The position numbers and the translations under genes are program-made. Positions 29,850 to 38,081 of a stretch of DNA of 64,000 nucleotides are shown here, piece by piece; position 1 is the stretch's first letter, and each line of letters opens with the position of its first letter. Under the pieces are notes generated by a model. The model was not told the DNA's origin and made no database searches. It worked only from the letters and a program-made list of their open reading frames with translations. Source of the DNA: a bacterium (GTDB lineage: Bacteria; Zhuqueibacterota; Zhuqueibacteria; Residuimicrobiales; Krinioviventaceae); contig CAXXFV010000017.1 in assembly GCA_963674595.2 (NCBI GenBank), positions 98,364 through 162,363 of the forward strand, in the 5' to 3' direction.

Positions 29850-31391
29850 ATGAAGTTTGGAAAAAAAGCATTCTATTTTATTGTCTTATCTTTAGTGTTT
29901 ACACTTTTTTGTTCTAAAACTAAAGATCCTGAAAATATAACACTGGCAAAAGTTGGTGATCATGTAATTACTGTACGGGATTTTAGACTTAATTATGAGT
30001 TTGGATTGCCTCATTTAAAAAAAGACCCTGACAGAAAGCGTTCCTATTTAAATTATATGATTGATGAAATAATTCTTGCTGAAGAAGGGTATAATCTTGG
30101 TTTTGACAAGAATGAACGTGTTAAAGATCTTGAAAAAGACCTTTTGGATGAACTTTTGGTTGAAGAATTCTTTACTGACCAGGTTAATAATAAAATAAAA
30201 GTTACTGATGACGAAATTCGTCAAGCCATTACCAAATCCAAAGTTAAATGGAAACTTCGTTACTGGTTTGAACCTTCAAAAGAAAATGCCGATAATATAT
30301 ATAACGCAATGAAGGAGAGAGGATATAATGCCGTTGTTGAAGATATCCTGCGTTCAAACCCCGAAGTTCATTTAAAACCAAAAGACTTTGAAACAGATTA
30401 TTTAACATGGCTGGATGTTTCTGAAGAACTTTTGGATGCTATTAAAGATATACCGGTTGGCGAGGTGTCGGCGCCCATTATGCTCGATGGTAAATATTTT
30501 ATTTTCCAAATTTCAGATCTCAAGCGTGAAGGTATTACCGATTATGAATATAAAGACAAATACGGGTCTTATCATAAAATACTTTTTTACAGAAAACTTA
30601 ACAAAGAGTCTGCCCGTTTTATAAATGAATTTATGACTCCTAAAAATGTTGTTACAAAAGGAGATAAATTTCGTAAAATTGTTGACGCATTTGTCGAATG
30701 GAAAAGTATTGATGATTCTTTGAGAGGTGAATTTTTTGACGACATAAAAAATGCCACTGAAAAACAAACAAAACTAAATGAGATGAAACAGAATTTAGAT
30801 GAAACACTTGTTACGTTTGAAGGTGGAAAATGGTCCTGTAAAGATTTTATAGAAAAGTTCAAGACGGATTTGGTTAAAGCGCCTGTAAAAGATATTCGTT
30901 CTGTAATGAACCAGATAAACAATGAAATAGCCCTGTCTGTAAGAGATCATTTCCTTATTAAAGAAGCAAACAAAAAGAAACTTTATAAAAAGCCAAATTT
31001 GCAAAAGCAACTAAAGCAATGGCAGGATAAATGGGTTTATCAGGAAACCAGAGATAATTTAATTAAAGATATCAAAGTTGATGAAGATCGGGCAAAACAG
31101 TACTTTGATAAATACAAAGACAGATATAAAATTAATAAAGACGTTGAACCCAAGTATAATGATTTTAAATTGCAGGCCAAAAGAGATGCAACGATATTAA
31201 AATATCAAAATGAATTGGCAAAAAATATTAAAGAATTAAAGCAACGAATTCCTGTTTATATTAATGAAGCTGTTTTAGATACAATTACCACTTTTGATTC
31301 TAAAAAATCACGCTGGCAAAGTTTGCAAGTTTATAAAAGAAGTAGCAACCGCATGGCTGTACCTATTGTGGATCCTGCGTGGGGGCTGTAG
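29850..31391 (+). CDS. SurA/PrsA-like foldase (peptidyl-prolyl isomerase-like) lipoprotein
   Basis: TLFC lipobox; LAKVGDHVIT..DF; LNYMIDE..LA.E; VTDDEI; VGEVSAPI; catalytic parvulin residues not clearly seen. Confidence 0.65.
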   Translation: MKFGKKAFYFIVLSLVFTLFCSKTKDPENITLAKVGDHVITVRDFRLNYEFGLPHLKKDPDRKRSYLNYMIDEIILAEEGYNLGFDKNERVKDLEKDLLDELLVEEFFTDQVNNKIKVTDDEIRQAITKSKVKWKLRYWFEPSKENADNIYNAMKERGYNAVVEDILRSNPEVHLKPKDFETDYLTWLDVSEELLDAIKDIPVGEVSAPIMLDGKYFIFQISDLKREGITDYEYKDKYGSYHKILFYRKLNKESARFINEFMTPKNVVTKGDKFRKIVDAFVEWKSIDDSLRGEFFDDIKNATEKQTKLNEMKQNLDETLVTFEGGKWSCKDFIEKFKTDLVKAPVKDIRSVMNQINNEIALSVRDHFLIKEANKKKLYKKPNLQKQLKQWQDKWVYQETRDNLIKDIKVDEDRAKQYFDKYKDRYKINKDVEPKYNDFKLQAKRDATILKYQNELAKNIKELKQRIPVYINEAVLDTITTFDSKKSRWQSLQVYKRSSNRMAVPIVDPAWGL

Positions 31392-31432
31392 CTTGTCAGT
31401 TTTTACTAAATTGAATAACAAAGGATATAACT

Positions 31433-32194
31433 ATGAAATTAGATAAAGAAAGTGTAATTCCTTTGTATTACCAACTAGCTGATTTTTTGCGTGAGGACAT
31501 TCGAAACAGTGTTTTAAAATCAGGTGATATTGTACCTTCAGAGAATGAACTGATAAAACTGCACAATATCAGTAGAGGAACCGTACGTGAAGCCATGCGT
31601 CTTTTACTAAGAGAGGGAATTATTAAAAGACATCGTGGTATCGGAACATTTGTAACACCATCCAAAGTGGAACATGAAACCAGTGAAGTGACTTCTTTTT
31701 CCAGGGTTATGTTAATGTCCGGGAAAAGGCCGTCTGCTAGAGTTTTACTTACAGAAATTATACCGGCCCCGGGTTATATTGCTCAGGCGCTTCAACTGGA
31801 AAACGATAAACGGGTTGTTTTAATTAAAAGATTAAGATATGGTGATTCTGAACCCTTTTTAATTGAACATTCCTATTATCGTCATGATGTTGGAAAATTA
31901 TTGTTGAACGAAAAATTGGAAGAATCGTTATACAAAATATTACAGGATAAATATAATTTTCAACTTGTACGATCAGAAAAGGTTTTAGAAGTAACATCCG
32001 CTGATCGTGAAGATGCAGATATGCTTCAAATTAAAATGGGCAGCCCTATTATTATTTTGAAAAGAAAAGTCTTTGATCATTTTAATAAACCGATTGAATA
32101 TGCTGAAGATATTTATCGTTCAGATCGTACAAAATTCAAAATCAAATCGAATAGTCCTATTTCTACTACTACAACTGAAAGTTTTAATGTATGA
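31433..32194 (+). CDS. GntR-family regulator, HutC/UTRA subfamily
   Basis: PLYYQL, PSENEL, ISRGTVREA, RGIGTFV; UTRA domain SLY.IL...EY....YRSDR. Confidence 0.93.
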   Translation: MKLDKESVIPLYYQLADFLREDIRNSVLKSGDIVPSENELIKLHNISRGTVREAMRLLLREGIIKRHRGIGTFVTPSKVEHETSEVTSFSRVMLMSGKRPSARVLLTEIIPAPGYIAQALQLENDKRVVLIKRLRYGDSEPFLIEHSYYRHDVGKLLLNEKLEESLYKILQDKYNFQLVRSEKVLEVTSADREDADMLQIKMGSPIIILKRKVFDHFNKPIEYAEDIYRSDRTKFKIKSNSPISTTTTESFNV

Positions 32195-32991
32195 TATCTG
32201 AAAATCAGAAAGCACGTTTAAAAAATATAAAAGCTTTTGTAATTGATCAGGATGGAACAACCTATCTTGAAAGCCATCCCTTTTCATGGACGGTTCCTTT
32301 TCTAAAGGGACTCGATGAAAGGGGAATAAAATATTTGTTTCTAAGTAATAATTCATCAAAGTCTCACCAGGAGCATATTTCCAAACTTGCGGAAATAGGT
32401 ATTCCAGTCACCACTGACCAGGTTTTAAGCTCAGGAGATGCTACGATTGAGTACATGAAAACATTACCGGATTCAAAAGATATTTATTTATTAGCAACAC
32501 CCCAGGTAGAACTTGATTTTATAAATGCAGGTTTTTCTATAGACGCTCCTGAACCAAACTATGTTGTTCTTGCCTATGATCTTACCCTAACCTTTGCCAA
32601 ATTGGAAAAAGCCTGTCATTACGTCCGCAAGGGAGTCCCCTTTATTGCCACCCATGAAGATAATAACTGGATGATCAGTCCAGATCTTCACCGCCCAGAT
32701 GTAGGCGCCTTAGCTGCTGCCATTACAGCCTCCACTAAAATAACTCCTAAATTTGTTGGAAAGCCTGAAAAAGAAATGGTTCAAGCCTTTTTAAAAAGAC
32801 TTGATCTTACAAATGATCAGGTTGCTATTATTGGTGATCGTTTAAATACGGATATTCGTATGGGTAATGATCATGATTTATTATCAATATTAGTGTTAAG
32901 CGGAAAAACAAAGATTGATGATTTAAAAAAGTCGAACTATATGCCTGATATAGTTATAGATAAAACAATTGATCTACTAAATCACATTTAA
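32191..32991 (+). CDS. HAD-IIA (NagD-like) phosphatase
   Basis: DQDGT motif I, SNNSS, GKP, IGDRLNTDI..G. Confidence 0.9.
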   Translation: MISENQKARLKNIKAFVIDQDGTTYLESHPFSWTVPFLKGLDERGIKYLFLSNNSSKSHQEHISKLAEIGIPVTTDQVLSSGDATIEYMKTLPDSKDIYLLATPQVELDFINAGFSIDAPEPNYVVLAYDLTLTFAKLEKACHYVRKGVPFIATHEDNNWMISPDLHRPDVGALAAAITASTKITPKFVGKPEKEMVQAFLKRLDLTNDQVAIIGDRLNTDIRMGNDHDLLSILVLSGKTKIDDLKKSNYMPDIVIDKTIDLLNHI

Positions 32992-33015
32992 CACATTAAT
33001 GAAGGAGAAAAAAGT

Positions 33016-33870
33016 ATGGCTCTCGTACCAATGAGTGAGTTGTTGCAGAAAGCCAAAGCCGGCAAGTATGCGGTTGGTGCGTTTAATATTGTCGACTATG
33101 CAACTCTTCAAGCGGTGGTTGACGCTGCCGAAGAGGAACAAGCACCGGCAATTATTCAAACCTCTGCCAGTAGTACTGTTAAATATTACGGTTACAAACC
33201 TTTGGTGGATATGGTGCGTCACGCTGCTGAAGCATCAAGTGTTCCCTTTGCGCTGCATCTCGATCACTGTAAAGATGTAGACATGGTTTTTAATTGTATT
33301 GACAGCGGATGGACTTCTGTAATGTATGACGGATCAAGCTTTCCGTTTGAAGTTAATCTTGAAAACACAATCAAAGTTGTTGAAAAGGCCCATGCAAATA
33401 ATGTCAGTGTAGAAGGTGAAATTGGCGCTGTTTGGGGTGTTGAAGATGATATTGATGTTGATGAAAACATGGATTTATTAGCTGATCCCGAACTGGCTGT
33501 TAAATATGCCAAAGAAACGAATGTGGATGCCTTTGCTCCGGCAATTGGAACAGCCCACGGTCTGTATAAAGGCGAACCAAAGCTTGATTTTGACAGACTG
33601 AAAAAAATTGCCGACAGTATTGACACACCTATTGTTATTCACGGCGGCACCGGCCTGGCTGAAGATGTTTTTGCAAAATTAATTGCATACGGCGGCGTTA
33701 AAGTTAACGTATCAACTCAGATAAAAATCGGATTTTTTGACGGCTTTAAATCCTATATGGAAAGCGGCGGCAAAACAGATCCGATTAAATTAATCAAGCA
33801 CATCAGAAACACTGAGAAAGAAGTTGTACAGTCATTTATACGTATTTTTGGAAGTAATGGAAAAGCATAA
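33016..33870 (+). CDS. Class II ketose-bisphosphate aldolase (Fba/GatY type)
   Basis: YAVGAFN, LHLDH, SVMYDGS, EGEIG, GTAHGLY, HGGTG, KVNVST. Confidence 0.92.
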   Translation: MALVPMSELLQKAKAGKYAVGAFNIVDYATLQAVVDAAEEEQAPAIIQTSASSTVKYYGYKPLVDMVRHAAEASSVPFALHLDHCKDVDMVFNCIDSGWTSVMYDGSSFPFEVNLENTIKVVEKAHANNVSVEGEIGAVWGVEDDIDVDENMDLLADPELAVKYAKETNVDAFAPAIGTAHGLYKGEPKLDFDRLKKIADSIDTPIVIHGGTGLAEDVFAKLIAYGGVKVNVSTQIKIGFFDGFKSYMESGGKTDPIKLIKHIRNTEKEVVQSFIRIFGSNGKA

Positions 33871-33900
33871 AAATGTTAATTGTAAATTTTGAGGTATAAA

Positions 33901-34608
33901 ATGGGAAAATTTAAAGCACTCATTTTTGACTGCGATGGTGTCATTGCAGAAACAGAGGGGCTTGGACACCGAATTGCCTTTAACAAAGTGTTTGAAGAAG
34001 AAGGCCTCGGTGTTGAATGGGATGTAGAAACCTATGGCGAAAAATTAAAAATTGCCGGTGGAAAAGAAAGGATGCGTACAATTTTTACTGATCCTTCTTT
34101 TACCAAAGATGTAGGGGATGTTGACGAATATATTAAAAAATTACACAAGCGCAAAACCGACATCTATATGGAAATGATAGAAAAAGGTATGCTGCCGGGC
34201 AGAGATGGTGTTAAACGCCTTGTTGAAGATGCGCACGCAAACGGTATCAAACTTGCCGTTGCATCCACATCAAACGAACGCGGTGTTACCCTTATTGCCA
34301 AACATGTTCTTGGCGATGCTTTTAATCATTTTCAGGCGATATTGGCCGGCGATGTTGTTAAGCATAAAAAACCAGACCCGGAAATATATTTACTGGCTGC
34401 CGAACGACTCGGTGTTGATCCATCCGAATGCTGGGTTGTTGAAGATACGGACAATGGCGTTCAGGCCGCAAAAGCTGCCGGAATGAAAGTTGTTGTTACC
34501 CGCAGTCAATACAGTAAGGGCGAAGAGTTTCCGGAAGCCGAAATTGTCGTGGATAGTCTTGGTGAAGGTCCTGACGCAGTTACAATTAAAACACTAGAAT
34601 CAATTTAA
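33901..34608 (+). CDS. HAD-IA phosphatase, CbbY-like
   Basis: ALIFDCDGVIAETE..GHR.AFN, GGKERM, KKPDPEIY, VEDT..G. Confidence 0.85.
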   Translation: MGKFKALIFDCDGVIAETEGLGHRIAFNKVFEEEGLGVEWDVETYGEKLKIAGGKERMRTIFTDPSFTKDVGDVDEYIKKLHKRKTDIYMEMIEKGMLPGRDGVKRLVEDAHANGIKLAVASTSNERGVTLIAKHVLGDAFNHFQAILAGDVVKHKKPDPEIYLLAAERLGVDPSECWVVEDTDNGVQAAKAAGMKVVVTRSQYSKGEEFPEAEIVVDSLGEGPDAVTIKTLESI

Positions 34609-34635
34609 TAAACAAAATTATTAATGGAGAATAAA

Positions 34636-35739
34636 ATGAGTAAAAATATTTCTGATTTCTTTGTACCCTGGTTGGAAAAATCTTTCGAATACAGTTTAAA
34701 AACATTGGATGCTGCATGGGACAATCCGCAAGTTGCACGTTTAATGCTTAATGAAAATCCTGTTCGACCTTCACAAAAAGTTGTTGATGCCATTACAGAA
34801 GCAGCTAAAAAAGGTAATTGGTATCCCGGAACAGCTCCTAAACTTCGTGAAAAAATTGGTAAAATGTATGATGTCCCTGCAAACTGGGTCTCTCTTGCTG
34901 ATGGTTCTTCTGAAGTTATTGATAACATGATGCGAATTTTTTGTAAACCTGGTGATGAAGTTATTTTACCAACACCAACATTTTCACTTTTTCGCGTTCG
35001 TGCATCCATAAATGGCGTAACACCTGTGGAAATTCCCTTAACACCTGGTGATTTACAATATGATGTTGAAGCTACATTAAATGCAATAACAGACAAAACA
35101 AAATTGATCGTTATTATCAATCCAAATAATCCGACAGGTATCTTTTTAGAACATGATCAAATTCGTCGTATTTTGGATACCGGTATTCCCACATGTTTGG
35201 ACGAAGCTTACCTGGAATATACGCCGGAAGCTCCGAACCTGATTCAAATGGTCCATGATTATGAAAATGCATTTATCAGCCACACCATGTCCAAAGCTTA
35301 TGGACTTGCTGGTGTACGTTTTGGTTATGTTTTATCACAACCTAAAATTGTTGAAGCTTTTGATAGAATGGCGCTGCCATGGCATATCAGCGTTATGTCA
35401 TTAGCCGGTGCTGAAGCCATGTTTGATGATAAAGAATCATTGAATATGAAAGTTGAACATAACAACGGTTGGATGAAACGATTTGCAGAAGAATTTACAA
35501 AATGGGGCCTGAAACCCTATGATCCTCATGGTAATTATATGCTGGTTGATGCCAATGCATTTGGCTATTCTTCTCAGGAAATTTACAACATGGCATTTGC
35601 AAAGAATGTTGCTTTAAAAACCATTCCGGCAATTCACGGCCAAAATGGTTATTTTAGAATTACTCCGGGTACAAACGAAGAAAATGAACGTTGTCTGGTA
35701 GTTTTAAAAGAAATCTTTTCAAAGAAAAAAGGCGAATAA
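34636..35739 (+). CDS. HisC/CobD-fold PLP-dependent aminotransferase (or decarboxylase)
   Basis: NENP, NPNNPTG, DEAY.EY, TMSKAYGLAGVRFGY (PLP Lys), FRITPG. Confidence 0.85.
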   Translation: MSKNISDFFVPWLEKSFEYSLKTLDAAWDNPQVARLMLNENPVRPSQKVVDAITEAAKKGNWYPGTAPKLREKIGKMYDVPANWVSLADGSSEVIDNMMRIFCKPGDEVILPTPTFSLFRVRASINGVTPVEIPLTPGDLQYDVEATLNAITDKTKLIVIINPNNPTGIFLEHDQIRRILDTGIPTCLDEAYLEYTPEAPNLIQMVHDYENAFISHTMSKAYGLAGVRFGYVLSQPKIVEAFDRMALPWHISVMSLAGAEAMFDDKESLNMKVEHNNGWMKRFAEEFTKWGLKPYDPHGNYMLVDANAFGYSSQEIYNMAFAKNVALKTIPAIHGQNGYFRITPGTNEENERCLVVLKEIFSKKKGE

Positions 35740-35746
35740 TGAGCAT

Positions 35747-35779
35747 TCCGCCCTGTCCTTATGGCAGGGCGGATTTTTT
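35747..35779 (+). terminator. Intrinsic terminator
   Basis: TCCGCCCTGTC-CTTAT-GGCAGGGCGGA-TTTTTT. Confidence 0.78.
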
Positions 35780-35858
35780 AATAATTTAATTTGGATTCAT
35801 ATATTCAATTACTTATCTTATCAAAATTCATAGATAAACAAAAGTTTGGAGACTGGTT

Positions 35859-37196
35859 TTGAGTGATCGATCGAATTTATCTGGAAAGGATCCTAAATTA
35901 GACCGTAAGTATAAAATATGGCGGATTAGGGCTTTTGTCGGTACATGGTTAGCGTATGCTGGAATCTATCTTTGTCGAAAGACAATTGCTGTTGCTCAAC
36001 CTGAGTTTATGAAAGAATTTGGCTGGAATGAAGCAGACGTCGGTATCATTTTAAGCGGTTATTTAATTGCCTATGCAGTCGGACAGTTTTTGAACGGTGC
36101 TATGGGTGACAGGTTTGGTACCCGTATCATGTTAGGACTTGGCTTTACTATTACAGTTTTAATGAATTTCTTTTTTGGATTTTCATATACCATATTAATT
36201 ATGTTTTTCTTATGGACTCTTAATGGTTATGCCCAATCCTTTGGATGGCCTGCTTCTGTAAAGGGAATGAGTAACTGGTTTTCGGTTAAAGAACGCGGCA
36301 AAATAATGAGCCCCTGGGGAACACATTATACGGTTGGTGATGTTGTCGGCACCGGTCTTGCAGCTTTTGTTATCGGACATGTTGCTACATCCACAACCAC
36401 CTATGCCGACGGGACCGTTGTTACGTTTGCCGATTGGCGTTGGGTGTTTTGGATTGGTGCACTATCTTTAGCAGTGATTGGTACGATCGTTATTTTATTA
36501 TTCCGTAACCGCCCGGAAGATGTCGGTTTGCCCAATATTTCTGTTTACCATGGTGAAGTTGAGGAAAGCCAGGTAAAAGATACCGCACCCGAAAAAATTA
36601 GCATTATCGAAAATACTAAAGAAGTGCTTAGCAGTGGTCCGGTATGGATACTTGGATTGACATATTTTGGTATTAAATTTATTCGCTACTTGTTTATGTT
36701 TTGGATGGTTACCTACCTGGCCCGTGAAAAAGGTTTTGCCACCGACTCTGCCGGTTATATTAGTACTCTATTTGCTCTTGCCGGTATTGTGGGAACGTTT
36801 GTGGCCAGCTATTTAACGGATGCTCTTTTTAACTCCCGACGAGCTCCTATCAGTGTTATTATGCTGGTTGGTTTAACATTGTCACTTATATTTTTCTGGA
36901 AAGCGCCTGTCACACTTATACCTATTGCCATCGCGTGCGTCGGATTTATGACCTACGGTCCGGATTATGTTGTTTCTGCTGTTGCAGCTATGGACTTTGG
37001 TTCTCAAAAGGGAGCCAGTACCGCCGCCGGTTTTGTTAACGGTATGGGTTCGGTTGGTGCGGCATTAATGCCCGTCGTTGTTGGTGTTATTACCCAACAT
37101 TGGGGTTGGAGCGCTGTCTTTTTTGTATTGATCTTTTTCTCCATTATATGTGCCGGACTCATGGGCACCCTATGGAACAAAGTTGGTAAAAATTAA
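35859..37196 (+). CDS. MFS organophosphate:Pi antiporter (GlpT/UhpT/PgtP, OPA family)
   Basis: Y..YLCRK, NGYAQSFGWP, NWFS.KERG, KFIRY..MFW, TAAGFVNG.G. Confidence 0.87.
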   Translation: MSDRSNLSGKDPKLDRKYKIWRIRAFVGTWLAYAGIYLCRKTIAVAQPEFMKEFGWNEADVGIILSGYLIAYAVGQFLNGAMGDRFGTRIMLGLGFTITVLMNFFFGFSYTILIMFFLWTLNGYAQSFGWPASVKGMSNWFSVKERGKIMSPWGTHYTVGDVVGTGLAAFVIGHVATSTTTYADGTVVTFADWRWVFWIGALSLAVIGTIVILLFRNRPEDVGLPNISVYHGEVEESQVKDTAPEKISIIENTKEVLSSGPVWILGLTYFGIKFIRYLFMFWMVTYLAREKGFATDSAGYISTLFALAGIVGTFVASYLTDALFNSRRAPISVIMLVGLTLSLIFFWKAPVTLIPIAIACVGFMTYGPDYVVSAVAAMDFGSQKGASTAAGFVNGMGSVGAALMPVVVGVITQHWGWSAVFFVLIFFSIICAGLMGTLWNKVGKN

Positions 37197-37222
37197 AAGC
37201 GGGTTTTAACCCGCTTTTTTTT
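37195..37222 (+). terminator. Intrinsic terminator ending the PUL-like locus
   Basis: AAAAGCGGGTT-TT-AACCCGCTTTTTTTT. Confidence 0.85.
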
Positions 37223-37271
37223 ATTGGGGTATCTTTTATTAAATTAATTATTCCATTTTTACAAAATCCTG

Positions 37272-37300
37272 TTGACATTATAAAAAAAACAAGTTACTTT
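37272..37300 (+). promoter_or_regulatory. Sigma70-type promoter
   Basis: TTGACA-17bp-TACTTT upstream of 37438. Confidence 0.55.
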
Positions 37301-37437
37301 TAATTATATCGTATAGAGTCGGTATCCGAACGTGGGACTTTTGCTTTTCTCTTCTCCAGCAATTTTCAACTCCTATTCTTTACATGTGATTTTTGATTAA
37401 CAGATAATATCTTGACAATCATTCTTATGGAGGAATT

Positions 37438-38070
37438 ATGAAAAAGTATTTGACTCTGCTTTTTCTATTGTTGCTTCCCGCACATGTCTGGTCTCAAAAT
37501 TACGGTTTAGCTGTGAAAATGACAACCCTGGGTGCAACAGTAGAAACCAGTCGTACATTGTCTAACCATTTTAGGGTTCGTTTAGGAGCATCATTTTTCA
37601 CCTATAAACATGATGGAGAGGATGCTTCTGAAGATTTCAAGTATTCCGGTGATCTCAATTTGTCTTCATTTTCTGTCTTACTTGAAGTCTATCCGATGAA
37701 AAACAGTATTTATCTTGTTGGCGGAATGCTGATCAATTCTAATGAAGCTACAATAACTTTTACCCCGCAAAATACCTATCATTATGGTGGTATTGCCTAT
37801 ACCCCGGAAATGCTTGGTGATATGACGGCTGTTATGTCATTTAATTCTATTGCTCCCTATACCGGCATTGGGTTCGGCAACCGGATCGGTAAAAAAGGAT
37901 TGGGCTTTTCAATGGAGCTTGGTGTGGTTTTTCAGGGTAAACCTGATATCGAACTTTCTGCAACTAAACTGCTGGAGCCTTCAGCAACTCAAAGTGAACA
38001 AGTTGAAGAAAATCTTGAATGGGCCCAGTATTATCCTGTATTGTCTATTGGACTCATTTATACATTTTAG
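37438..38070 (+). CDS. Hypothetical outer-membrane beta-barrel protein
   Basis: Signal peptide, TLG.TVE start, APYTGIGFG, YYPVLSIGLIYTF terminus; RBS GGAGG. Confidence 0.75.
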   Translation: MKKYLTLLFLLLLPAHVWSQNYGLAVKMTTLGATVETSRTLSNHFRVRLGASFFTYKHDGEDASEDFKYSGDLNLSSFSVLLEVYPMKNSIYLVGGMLINSNEATITFTPQNTYHYGGIAYTPEMLGDMTAVMSFNSIAPYTGIGFGNRIGKKGLGFSMELGVVFQGKPDIELSATKLLEPSATQSEQVEENLEWAQYYPVLSIGLIYTF

Positions 38071-38081
38071 GAGGCCGGCTC

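Noticed and set aside
34636-35739. Assigning the symbol hisC
   Set aside because: No his operon context and divergent motifs; only the fold is supported
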